A DNA stretch of 64,000 nt from NCBI GenBank assembly GCA_903929765.1, contig CAIYVX010000063.1, positions 10,174-74,173 of the forward strand, written 5' to 3'. Positions 8,770-17,358 of the stretch are shown here, one piece after another. Made by a program: the position numbers and the translations under genes. Source of the stretch: an uncultured Planctomycetia bacterium. GTDB taxonomy: Bacteria; Planctomycetota; Phycisphaerae; FEN-1346; JAACEH01. The notes under the pieces were generated by a model, which did no database searches, had not been told where the DNA came from, and saw only the letters and a list, made by a program, of their open reading frames with translations. Position 1 is the first letter of the stretch. The number at the start of each line of letters is the position of its first letter.

Positions 8770-9698
8770 TTTTTCCAATGCTCGTAACCTCCCGGCATGA
8801 GCGCCGCCGCGTGGCTGTGCTGATCGACCAGCACCCGCCCCTCCCCCGCCGCCACAATCCGTCCGATCACCGTCACCGGTACGCCCAGATCAAGTTTTCC
8901 TAGCGCCGCCGCATCTGCCGCCTCGCAGGTGAACAGCAGTTCAAAATCCTCGCCATCATTAATCGCATGATCGAGCGCCGTCCGCCCGTCTCGAGCCGCC
9001 ATTTTTTCCGCCGCCGCCGACACCGGCACCTTCGCCCCCTCGATCACCACCCCCACACCGCTCTCCTGGCAAATGTGCCCGATGTCGCTCGAAAGGCCGT
9101 CCGACAAATCCATCATCGCCCCCAGCCGCACCGCCGCCGCCAATTTTCGCGCCTCCGCAATGCGCGGCGGAAAGGTCAGGTGCCGCCCCAGGAGCGACCC
9201 GCCCAGCGAGCCGGTTACTGCCACCACTTGCCCCACCTTCGCACCATTGCGCCGCACCGGCTTTTCCGCCCACGCCAGCACCGTCACCGTAATCGCCAGC
9301 GGCGCGTCCCACGCCGTAATGTCCCCGCCCACCCACCGGCACCCGTAAGCGTCCGCGCACCGCTTGATCCCAGCAAAAATCTCCTGCGCCGCCGTCATCG
9401 CCATCGTTCGCGGCAACGCCAGCGTCCCCACCCCGCAAATCGGCTCCGCCGCCATCGCCGCCACGTCCGACAGGTTCACCGCCAAAGCCTTCCACCCCAC
9501 GTCCGCCGGCGCATCGCGCCGCAAATCAAAATGCGTCCCCTCCAGAATCGCATCCGTCCCCACCAGCACCCGCCCGCCCGTCGGCAGCCGCACTTCCGCC
9601 ATGTCGTCCCCCGACCCGATGGTCGTCACCCCATCCTCCGCCGGCAATTGCGACCGGATCCAATTGATATACGCAAATTCGCCCGAAGGTTCTGTCAT
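8766..9698 (-). CDS. thiL: Thiamine-monophosphate kinase.
   Basis: GEFAYINWIRSQL...IGSGDDMAEV...GTDAILEGTHF matches the AIR-synthase-related fold of ThiL. The first ATG is at 9698. The upstream TTG at 9716 is a less likely start. Confidence 0.85.
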   Translation of the reverse strand: MTEPSGEFAYINWIRSQLPAEDGVTTIGSGDDMAEVRLPTGGRVLVGTDAILEGTHFDLRRDAPADVGWKALAVNLSDVAAMAAEPICGVGTLALPRTMAMTAAQEIFAGIKRCADAYGCRWVGGDITAWDAPLAITVTVLAWAEKPVRRNGAKVGQVVAVTGSLGGSLLGRHLTFPPRIAEARKLAAAVRLGAMMDLSDGLSSDIGHICQESGVGVVIEGAKVPVSAAAEKMAARDGRTALDHAINDGEDFELLFTCEAADAAALGKLDLGVPVTVIGRIVAAGEGRVLVDQHSHAAALMPGGYEHWKK

Positions 9699-9716
9699 TG
9701 AAATCAACCACTCCAA

Positions 9717-10145
9717 CTAAGGATTGGTTTTCCTATTCAAGTTGTCTTCAAACAGCGCCCGGAGTTTGGGCCAATCAGTCTGAATGACCTGACCATTGTA
9801 TCTGACCAGGCCGCTCCCTCCGACATCAACCTGAACAGTATCACCTGAAGCATAGGTCAAAACCAGAAAAGCAAAGTTTTGATCCTTCATATCAGAGGAG
9901 GGGTGTCCTTCATCTACCAGGTGGCCAAAAGACGCAGCAAAATCGCTTCCCGCGGCTATCTGAGTCTTTGCCCCAGGGCCAGACATGTCTTCCCGAAGAA
10001 CATAACCGGCAGCTTTGACTGGATTCTTATCTGAAATTGTCTCCGACAACCCGGCGTCAAAGAAAGAATTGTCGCCAAAAGAAGAACACAGGAGCAATAA
10101 AACAGGGACTTTCTGGGTGCCATTAGTCTCTTCCTCCGCACTCAA
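9717..10145 (-). CDS. Hypothetical small lipoprotein encoded by a low-GC gene.
   Basis: Signal peptide and lipobox in MSAEEETNGTQKVPVLLLLCSS. The region is about 48% GC against roughly 67% for its neighbours. It lies within the operon between the isomerase genes and thiL. Confidence 0.45.
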   Translation of the reverse strand: MSAEEETNGTQKVPVLLLLCSSFGDNSFFDAGLSETISDKNPVKAAGYVLREDMSGPGAKTQIAAGSDFAASFGHLVDEGHPSSDMKDQNFAFLVLTYASGDTVQVDVGGSGLVRYNGQVIQTDWPKLRALFEDNLNRKTNP

Positions 10146-10159
10146 TCTATCTTCTCATT

Positions 10160-10983
10160 TCACAAAAGTGGGTCCAGAAACGCCATCGCCTCGTCCGCCA
10201 CCTGCCGCGCCGTCGATTCGTACGGATAAAGTTCCACCGTGATCCACCCATCGTATCCGATGTCCCGCAGGGCCGCAAACACCGCCGTATAGTCAATCGC
10301 CCCGCGCCCGGGCACCAGATGCCGATGTTCCCGCGACGGCGCAATGTCTTCCAGGTGCACGTGCCGAATCCACGGCGCCAGCGTCCGCGCCGCCTGCGCC
10401 GGGTCTTCCCCCACGCAATAAAAATGCCCGATGTCGAAGTTCAGCGCCACCTGACCGTGCGGCACCGTCCCGATAAATTCCAGAAAATCGTCCGTCCGCT
10501 CCAGCAGCAGTTTCGGCTCCGGCTCAATCAAGAGTGTCACGCCCAGCTCCCGCGCCAGCGGATAGACCATCTGAAGTCCCAGCCGATAATACTCCATCGC
10601 CTGCTCTCTGCTCATCCCCGCCGGCACCGGCCCGCCCGGCTCCAGGCTGATCGACTTCGCCCCGATTTCCGCCGCCAGGCGCAAACAATTTTCCGTATGC
10701 TCCACCCGCTGCGCCCGTACCGCCGGCGAAGGATCGATCCACGACGGATTATATGTGTCGCCCAGGGCGAAAAACGTGAACGCGTTGATGTTCGAGATTT
10801 TCAGGTTCAGTTCGCCGAGCAACTCCACCAGCCGCCGCGTCCGCCGCCGCGTCAGGTGCGGCGGATAGGCGTGCGGCACATCGGCCATAATCTCCACGCC
10901 CGCGTAACCCGCCTCGGCAATCTGCCGCACCGATTCTTCCAGGCTCACCTGCTTGAACGCATTGGTCGAAAAGGCCAGTTTCA
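10160..10983 (-). CDS. Sugar phosphate isomerase/epimerase (xylose-isomerase-like TIM barrel).
   Basis: The real start is MKLAFSTNAFKQ (ATG at 10983, overlapping the upstream stop codon in an ATGA arrangement). The rest of the 371-aa ORF in the track is G-rich read-through. The GHFYCVGEDP and ITVELYPY motifs are typical of the family. Confidence 0.8.
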
Positions 10984-11883
10984 TTTCAGCCCGATCCTCT
11001 CCAAATGCTCCCGTCCCGCCACCACCTTCTCCGCCGACCACTGCGCCGCCAGTTCCATCACCCGCACGCACGGACTTCCCGCCACCCGCGCCGCCACACC
11101 CGCCAGGTCCAACTCCCCCTGACCCGGCGGCTGATGATCGGCCGTCCGAATCATGTCGTGAATATGCACGCCCAGCAGCCGCTCCCGGAACCGTTCCAGC
11201 CACGACATTTCCGGCACCCCCGCAAAGATTTGCATCATCCGCGCGTGCCCGCAATCGTGCCAATATCCCAGCCACGGACCCACCGCGTCGAACATCGCCT
11301 GCAACTCCTCCGGGTGCGGCAAGCTGTTGTAATGGTAATGAACCTCCACCCCGACCGGAAATTCCCCCACCCGCAGGAACACCTGGTTCAGCGAATCAAT
11401 CGTCCGCGCCAGCCGGTCCGGCGCCTCCGCCGCCCGCAGCGGTTCGAGCGCCGCCAGTTCCTTGCGAAACCCCGGGCATTCGCCGTACATCTGATACAGC
11501 GCCACCAGCGCCGCCACCCGCCCCGCCAACTCGCCGCCAATCGCCCCCGCGTGCGTCACCACCGCCCGCGCCCTCAGCCGCCGGGCCAACTCAATCGTGC
11601 GACACAGGGCCTCGACCGTCGCTTGCCGTTTTGCGTCGTCCGGCGAGCCGATGTGCGACCCGCGCGGATCGATCCCCGCCTCGGCGTTGAACCCCGCCAC
11701 GGCATGAATGCTCGACACCACGATCTCGCCTGCCCGCACCGCCGCCTCAACCTCGTCGGCGTTGAGCTGGATCTTCGAAATGCCCCATTCAATCGCCCCA
11801 AACCCCAGGCGCCGCACCTGGGCCAAAGCCTCCGTCGTCGAGACCGCCGGATCATTAAACCACGCTGTTGAGAGGGAAAGCAC
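10981..11883 (-). CDS. Sugar phosphate isomerase/epimerase family protein, a paralog of the downstream gene.
   Basis: 300-aa TIM-barrel-like sequence (LGFGAIEW...VVTHAG...HYHYNSLPHPEE...HIHDM). It is translationally adjacent to both the GT4 gene and the next isomerase gene. Confidence 0.75.
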   Translation of the reverse strand: MLSLSTAWFNDPAVSTTEALAQVRRLGFGAIEWGISKIQLNADEVEAAVRAGEIVVSSIHAVAGFNAEAGIDPRGSHIGSPDDAKRQATVEALCRTIELARRLRARAVVTHAGAIGGELAGRVAALVALYQMYGECPGFRKELAALEPLRAAEAPDRLARTIDSLNQVFLRVGEFPVGVEVHYHYNSLPHPEELQAMFDAVGPWLGYWHDCGHARMMQIFAGVPEMSWLERFRERLLGVHIHDMIRTADHQPPGQGELDLAGVAARVAGSPCVRVMELAAQWSAEKVVAGREHLERIGLK

Positions 11884-13134
11884 TTAAACCAAACCTTTCT
11901 TCCGCGCCAACTCTTCAAACAACTCTTCATGCCGTTTCACAAACCGTTCCGCCGAAAACTCCTGACGCACCCAGGCTTTTCCTTCTTCCGCCATGCGCCG
12001 CGTTTCGTCCTCGTATTTCAGCGCCTGAAAAATCCCCGCCGCGATGCCTTTGGGATACCCCGGCTCCACCAGCCGTCCGCAACGCCCGTCGGCCACCAAC
12101 TCGCGCATCCCCGCCACGTCGCTCACCACCACCGGCGTCCCCGCCAGCATCGCCTCCAGCACCGCGTTGCTCATCCCCTCGTGGAAACTCGGCAGAATAA
12201 ACAGGTCCGCACGCCGCAAAATCGCCGGCACGTCCGTCCGCGGCCCCACCAGTGTCACGTACCCCTCCACCCGCATCCGCTCCACTTCAAACGCCAGCCG
12301 CGACCGCTCCGGCCCGTCCCCCACAATCCACAAATGCACCGGGCAACGCGTGTGCCGCAACAGGCCCATCGCCCACATCAGGTAAATCAAGCCCTTCTGC
12401 CGCGTCAGCCGACATGCCGTCACCACCAGCTTGTGCCCCGCCGGCACCTCCGGCAGTTGCACAGTGGCACGGGCATCTTGCCCGTGAGTCGCAGGGGCAT
12501 CTTGCCCCTGTGCCTTTGTTGCTTTTTTTTCTTCTTCACCCCTCTCCCTTGAGGGGAGAGGGTAGGGAGAGGGTGTTGCTTCTTCTTTTTCTTCGCTGTT
12601 GTTCTGTTGTTCAATCTCCCCCAACTTTATCCCCGCATGAATGACCCGAATCTTCTCCGCCGGCCAACCGTGCCCCAGCCCATATTCCCGCACCCCCGCC
12701 GAGTTGGCCACAATCGCATCCGTCCGCCGCCCCAGCCGCCGGTCCAGCCAATGGTGCAATCCCGGCTTCGGCCCGCTGTCCTGTTCCCCCGCCACGATCA
12801 CCGGCACCCCCGCCCGCAGCGCCGCCGCCCGACCGAACGCGTTCGCCGTGAACATCCACGTGTACGCAATATCCGTCTGCCGCTCTTTCAGCAGCCGCTC
12901 CAGGCGCAGCACCACGCGCAGGTCGTACTTGAACGCCTTATTCAGTATCGTTACCGGAATCCCCGCCGCCCGAATTTCCGCCTCATGCGGCCCGCCTCGC
13001 GTCAGCGCATAGACGTCCACCTCGAACCGCGCCGGGTCGAGCCGCCGAGCCAGCAGGGCCAACTGCTTCTCCGCTCCCGCCCGGTCCAGTGTCGCGATAA
13101 TCAAGGCCACCCGCAACTTTCTCATGGGAGGCAC
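11884..13134 (-). CDS. GT4-family glycosyltransferase carrying an in-frame low-complexity insertion of about 55 aa encoded by palindromic repeats.
   Basis: The N-terminal Rossmann domain (KLRVALIIATLDRAGAEKQ) and the C-terminal EGMSNAVLEAMLAGTPVV are typical of GT4. The insertion GEIEQQNNSEEKEEATPSPYPLPSRERGEEEKKATKAQGQDAPATHGQDARATVQLPE is encoded by repeat DNA at 12468-12575. Confidence 0.8.
   Translation of the reverse strand: MPPMRKLRVALIIATLDRAGAEKQLALLARRLDPARFEVDVYALTRGGPHEAEIRAAGIPVTILNKAFKYDLRVVLRLERLLKERQTDIAYTWMFTANAFGRAAALRAGVPVIVAGEQDSGPKPGLHHWLDRRLGRRTDAIVANSAGVREYGLGHGWPAEKIRVIHAGIKLGEIEQQNNSEEKEEATPSPYPLPSRERGEEEKKATKAQGQDAPATHGQDARATVQLPEVPAGHKLVVTACRLTRQKGLIYLMWAMGLLRHTRCPVHLWIVGDGPERSRLAFEVERMRVEGYVTLVGPRTDVPAILRRADLFILPSFHEGMSNAVLEAMLAGTPVVVSDVAGMRELVADGRCGRLVEPGYPKGIAAGIFQALKYEDETRRMAEEGKAWVRQEFSAERFVKRHEELFEELARKKGLV
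12468..12575. repeat. Cluster of palindromic repeats inside the GT4 coding sequence: tandem hairpins CACGGGCATCTTGCCCGTG (12468-12486) and CAGGGGCATCTTGCCCCTG (12492-12510), plus CACCCCTCTCCCTTGAGGGGAGAGGGTAGGGAGAGGGTG (12537-12575).
   Basis: Perfect 8-bp stems are visible. The first hairpin recurs intergenically at 57412-57430. The CCCTCTCCC...GGGAGAGGG type recurs at 20971-21020, 38896-38949 and 45051-45094. Confidence 0.75.
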
Positions 13135-13423
13135 ATCTTACACCGCTCCCGCCGGCAGGACAAGGCTGCGGCCATCGGCTTTGCCGTGGAAGGGACAGGG
13201 CACGCCCTGTCCGGCTGTTGTTGTGTGCGGGAAGGGGCGTTTTTTCTCCGCCCTGGCCGTACCGGCGGGAGCCGGCGCCCAAAGTTTTTTCTGCTGTTTC
13301 TTTTGTTTCTGCCGTACCTGAAGCCTGCTGTTCTGAAGTCGGCCGTTCCAAAACAGCGCGGACCAAGCCTCTGCCTTCAGAAGCCTGGTCCGCGATTCTC
13401 GTAAGCTGAAAGAACTTCCTGGG

Positions 13424-13738
13424 TTACCAGCGTCCGCCGCCGCCACCGCCGCGCCCGCCGCGACCACCACCCCCGCCGCCACCGCCGCCGGCCGCCTTGG
13501 GCTTGGCCACGTTGACGGTCAGTTTGCGCCCGTCCACATCGCGCCCGTCGAGCGCCGCTATGGCCGCCTGGGCTTGGCTGTCATCGCCCATTTCGACGAA
13601 GCCGAAACCACGCGATTGCCCCGTGGCCCGGTCGGTGATGAGCGACACACGCTGAATCTCGCCAAACTCGGAGAAAAGCTGGCGAACTTCTTCTTCGCCA
13701 AACCCGAACGGCAGATTCCCCACATAAATATTCACCAT
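13424..13738 (-). CDS. RRM-domain RNA-binding protein with a glycine/arginine-rich tail.
   Basis: NIYVGNLPF (RNP2) and RGFGFVEM (RNP1) followed by a GGGGGGGGRGGRGGGGGG tail. The start is MVNIYVG at 13738. Confidence 0.85.
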   Translation of the reverse strand: MVNIYVGNLPFGFGEEEVRQLFSEFGEIQRVSLITDRATGQSRGFGFVEMGDDSQAQAAIAALDGRDVDGRKLTVNVAKPKAAGGGGGGGGGRGGRGGGGGGRW

Positions 13739-13966
13739 CCAAGTGCTCCCGTGAACTGCAACCGAACCGGAGGCCGATCCGCGCGGTCCCGCGACCACGC
13801 TGAAAAGAGAGTGCCGCCCGTCGGCAGTCTGATATCCTATCTACAGTTGACCGCAGGGGACGGTTTAATGCAAGTTAATTCCAGCGGGATTGACGATCGA
13901 CCACCGGCCACGCCGCCACCGGACGACTTGTGCCCCACGCCGCCGTCGATTACAATTCCATTTGCT

Positions 13967-15175
13967 ATGAAAACTTCGAGGAAGGACAAGTTCGGCCGAA
14001 AGAGCATCGCGGCTCTGGCGGCCAGGAAGACGCTGTGCGTCGCCGGGCTGATGTCGGGCACCTCCGCCGACGGCGTGGACGTGGCCGTGGTCGACCTCGG
14101 GCCTGGAGGCGCGAAGGTCGTGGCTTTCGCCAGTTATCCCTATCCGAAAGAGGTTCGAGAGTTGGTCTTCGAGTTGTTCGACCCGCAGACGGCGCGGGTG
14201 GAGGCCCTCTGCCACGCCAATTTCGTGCTGGGCGAAGTTTTTGCCGAGGCCGTGTTGCGGCTCTGCCGGGAACAGGGCGTGAAACTGACCTCCATCGACC
14301 TGATCGGCTCGCACGGTCAAACCGTTTGCCATTTGCCGCAGGGAAAAAAATTCGGCGGACGGCTGATCCGCTCCACGCTCCAGATCGGCGAACCGTGCGT
14401 CATCGCCGAGCGGACGGGCATTACGACCGTGGCCGATTTCCGCCCGCGCGACATCGCCGCCGGCGGCGAAGGAGCGCCGCTGGTGCCCTTCACCGACTGG
14501 CTGCTCTTCGCCGACCCGCGCCAGACGCGCTGCGTCCAGAACATCGGCGGCATCGCCAACGTGACCTTTCTCCCGGTCGGCGGCGGCGTGGAAAAAGTCC
14601 TGGCCTTCGACACCGGGCCGGGGAACATGATCATCGACCGCCTGGCCTGGCTGGCGACGAAGGGGAAAAGGAATTTCGATAAGGATGGGGAAATGGCGGC
14701 GCGGGGACGGGTGGACACGAAACTTCTGGCAGGATTGATGGGGCATCGGTATTTCACCCGCCGTCCGCCGAAATCGACCGGCCGCGAAATGTTCGGCGTC
14801 GAGTATTCAACCACACTCTACAAATTGGCCAAAGAGGACCAGCTTGAACCGCGAGATATTCTCGCTACCGTCACCGCTTTCACCGCCCGGAGCATCGCCG
14901 ACGCCTACCGCCGGTTTCTTCCGCGTCAGCCCGACGAGGTAATCCTCTGTGGCGGCGGAGCGAGGAATCCGACGCTGGTGGCCATGCTCCGCGAGGAGTT
15001 GCCCGCATCTCGCGTCATGGTCATGGACGAACTGGGCATCAACGCCGACGCGAAAGAGGCGATTTCCTTCGCCCTCCTGGCCCGCGAAACGATTCGCGGC
15101 GCCGCCGGAAACATCCCCGCCGCCACCGGCGCCCGGCGGCGCGTGGTGCTGGGCAAGATCGTGCCGGGCAGCTAA
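13967..15175 (+). CDS. anmK: Anhydro-N-acetylmuramic acid kinase.
   Basis: The start is MKTSRKDK. GLMSGTSADGVDVAVVD is the canonical AnmK N-terminal motif, and the length is about 400 aa. The upstream part of the track ORF starting at 13574 is non-coding read-through. Confidence 0.9.
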   Translation: MKTSRKDKFGRKSIAALAARKTLCVAGLMSGTSADGVDVAVVDLGPGGAKVVAFASYPYPKEVRELVFELFDPQTARVEALCHANFVLGEVFAEAVLRLCREQGVKLTSIDLIGSHGQTVCHLPQGKKFGGRLIRSTLQIGEPCVIAERTGITTVADFRPRDIAAGGEGAPLVPFTDWLLFADPRQTRCVQNIGGIANVTFLPVGGGVEKVLAFDTGPGNMIIDRLAWLATKGKRNFDKDGEMAARGRVDTKLLAGLMGHRYFTRRPPKSTGREMFGVEYSTTLYKLAKEDQLEPRDILATVTAFTARSIADAYRRFLPRQPDEVILCGGGARNPTLVAMLREELPASRVMVMDELGINADAKEAISFALLARETIRGAAGNIPAATGARRRVVLGKIVPGS

Positions 15176-15246
15176 TCGGGTGTTTGACCGCGCCGCCAAG
15201 TTCTGCTAAACTCCCTTCAACCTTAACCCAGAAAGAAGGTAATTCC

Positions 15247-15768
15247 ATGGCGAAGAATGCGAATCCCACGTTGCTCATGACCACCAGCGAAGGCGAGGTC
15301 AAAATCGAACTCTGGCCGGACACGTCGCCGGCCACCGTCGAAAACTTCCTGACCTACGCCAAGGAGGGATTTTACGACGGCACGATCTTCCATCGCGTCA
15401 TCAAGGACTTCATGATCCAGGGCGGCGGATTCACGCCCGAGATGAAGCAGAAGGCCGTCCATGCCCCCATCAAGAACGAGGCCCGGACCGACGCGGCGAA
15501 CAACCGCGGCACCCTGGCCATGGCCCGGACCAACGACGTCAACAGCGCCACAGCCCAGTTTTTCATCAACGTCGTCGATAACGCCTTCCTGACCCATCGC
15601 GACAACACGTCGTCGGGTTTCGGCTACTGCGTCTTCGGCCAGGTCGTCGAGGGGCTGGACGTCGTGGACCGCATTCGGCAGGTGAAAACCCGCAGCGTCG
15701 GCGGCTTCGACGACGTGCCGCAAAAGCCGGTGGTGATCGAAAGCGTGAAAGTGGTCGAAGAGAAATAA
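15247..15768 (+). CDS. ppiB: Cytoplasmic cyclophilin-type peptidyl-prolyl cis-trans isomerase.
   Basis: The cyclophilin signatures [15 protein letters not shown] and ...[24 protein letters not shown]. The start is MAKNANP, with an AAGGT ribosome-binding site. Confidence 0.9.
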   Translation: MAKNANPTLLMTTSEGEVKIELWPDTSPATVENFLTYAKEGFYDGTIFHRVIKDFMIQGGGFTPEMKQKAVHAPIKNEARTDAANNRGTLAMARTNDVNSATAQFFINVVDNAFLTHRDNTSSGFGYCVFGQVVEGLDVVDRIRQVKTRSVGGFDDVPQKPVVIESVKVVEEK

Positions 15769-15785
15769 TCGAGGAGGAACCTGCA

Positions 15786-16445
15786 ATGCGAAAGATGCCG
15801 AGGACGATGTTGTTGGCGGCGCTGGTGGCGGGATATCTGGTCGGCTGCGCGCACAGCGCACCACCCAAGAGCAGCACGCCGGCAACTGCGGCGGCCACGA
15901 ATCAGGCGGCGGTTTCGGCAGCGCCGGCGAAGCCGATGAATCCGCTGATCCTGATCACGACGAGCGAAGGCACGATCAAGATTGAACTCTGGCCGGACAA
16001 GGCCCCGGCTACGGTGGAGAATTTCCTGGCCTACTCCAGGGAAGGTTTCTACGACGGCACGATCTTCCATCGCGTCATCCCGACTTTCATGATCCAGGGC
16101 GGCGGCTTCAGGGCCGACATGGTCCAGAAGCCCACCCACGCGCCGGTCAAGAACGAAGCTCGCAGCGATACGCCGAACAATCGCGGCACCATCGCCATGG
16201 CTCGGACCAACGCGATAGACAGCGCCACGGCCCAGTTCTTCATCAACGTGAAGGATAATGCGAATCTGAACCATAGCAACGACCCGCATCATGGCTTCGG
16301 TTACTGCGTCTTCGGCCTGGTGGTCGAGGGAATGGACGTGGTCGACCGGATTCGCCAAGTGCCGACGCACATGGTCGGCCCGATGGGCGATGTGCCGGTC
16401 ACGCCCGTGGTGATTCAAAGCGTGAAAGTGGTGGAACAGAAGTAG
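15786..16445 (+). CDS. ppiA: Lipoprotein cyclophilin-type peptidyl-prolyl cis-trans isomerase, a paralog of the preceding gene.
   Basis: Signal peptide and lipobox LVGC, followed by the cyclophilin core [15 protein letters not shown]. Confidence 0.9.
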   Translation: MRKMPRTMLLAALVAGYLVGCAHSAPPKSSTPATAAATNQAAVSAAPAKPMNPLILITTSEGTIKIELWPDKAPATVENFLAYSREGFYDGTIFHRVIPTFMIQGGGFRADMVQKPTHAPVKNEARSDTPNNRGTIAMARTNAIDSATAQFFINVKDNANLNHSNDPHHGFGYCVFGLVVEGMDVVDRIRQVPTHMVGPMGDVPVTPVVIQSVKVVEQK

Positions 16446-16461
16446 CCCGAGGCCCGATTCC

Positions 16462-17358
16462 TTGCCAGACCGTTCTAAACTGACGACCGAGAAGCGCAAC
16501 GCCCGCAGCCGGAACATCGACCGGCTTTCGACGCGGGGCGTGGTCGAGATCATCAACGCCGAAGACGCCCGGGTGGCGCGGGCGGTGGGGCGCGAGGGCC
16601 GGCGCATTGCCGCCCTGGTCGATGCGGTGGTGGACTCTTTCCAGCGCGGCGGGCGGCTGATTTACGTCGGGGCGGGGACAAGCGGGCGGCTGGGCGTGCT
16701 GGATGCGGCGGAATGTCCGCCGACCTTTGGCGTGCCGCGAACGATGGTTCAGGGCATTATCGCGGGCGGGCGGCGGGCTTTGGTCCGCTCCGTCGAAGGG
16801 GCCGAGGATCGCCCGGCGGACGGCGCGGCCGCCGTGGAAAAGCGGCGCGTCGGGCCGAAAGACGTGGTCGTCGGCATTGCCGCGTGCGGCATAACTCCAT
16901 TCGTACACGGTGCCTTGCGGCGGGCGCGGGAACTCGGTGCGCGGACGGCTCTGGTGACTTGTGCCCCGGAGGCTCGCGGGAAGATTAAGGCCGACTTCAT
17001 CATTAATCCGGTCGTCGGACCGGAGGTCGTCACCGGCTCGACGCGGATGAAGGCCGGGACGGCGACCAAGCTGGTGCTGAACACGGTGACGACGGCGGCG
17101 ATGATCCGCCTCGGCAAGGTCCACGGCAACCTGATGGTCGATCTGCGGGCGACCAACGCGAAGCTGCGCGACCGGGCCGAGCGAATTGTCATGGAACTGA
17201 CCCGGCTGGACCGTCCGGCGGCGAAAAAACTTCTGGCGGCGGCCGATGGGGCGGTGAAACCGGCCGTGGTGATGCACTTCCGCAAGGCGAACCTGGCCCA
17301 GGCCCGGGGCATTCTGCGGCGCTGTGGCCAGTCGCTGCGCAAGGCCATGCAAGAATGA
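16462..17358 (+). CDS. murQ: N-acetylmuramic acid 6-phosphate etherase.
   Basis: The SIS-domain motifs GRLIYVGAGTSGRLGVLDAAECPPTF and TGSTRMKAGTATKLVLN, and the conserved C-terminus. Confidence 0.9.
   Translation: MPDRSKLTTEKRNARSRNIDRLSTRGVVEIINAEDARVARAVGREGRRIAALVDAVVDSFQRGGRLIYVGAGTSGRLGVLDAAECPPTFGVPRTMVQGIIAGGRRALVRSVEGAEDRPADGAAAVEKRRVGPKDVVVGIAACGITPFVHGALRRARELGARTALVTCAPEARGKIKADFIINPVVGPEVVTGSTRMKAGTATKLVLNTVTTAAMIRLGKVHGNLMVDLRATNAKLRDRAERIVMELTRLDRPAAKKLLAAADGAVKPAVVMHFRKANLAQARGILRRCGQSLRKAMQE

Noticed and set aside
10984-11275. N-terminal 97 codons of the 371-aa ORF 10160-11275 (Gly/Ala-rich).
   Set aside because: Read-through into the upstream gene. MKLAFSTNAF at 10983, with its ATGA overlap, is the true start.
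13355-13395. Hairpin CGCGGACCAAGCC...GGCTTGGTCCGCG downstream of the RRM gene as a possible terminator.
   Set aside because: The stem is imperfect and no T-tract follows on the coding (minus) strand.
13574-13966. Upstream extension of the anmK ORF in the track.
   Set aside because: It overlaps the RRM gene on the other strand and has no AnmK homology before MKTSRKDK.
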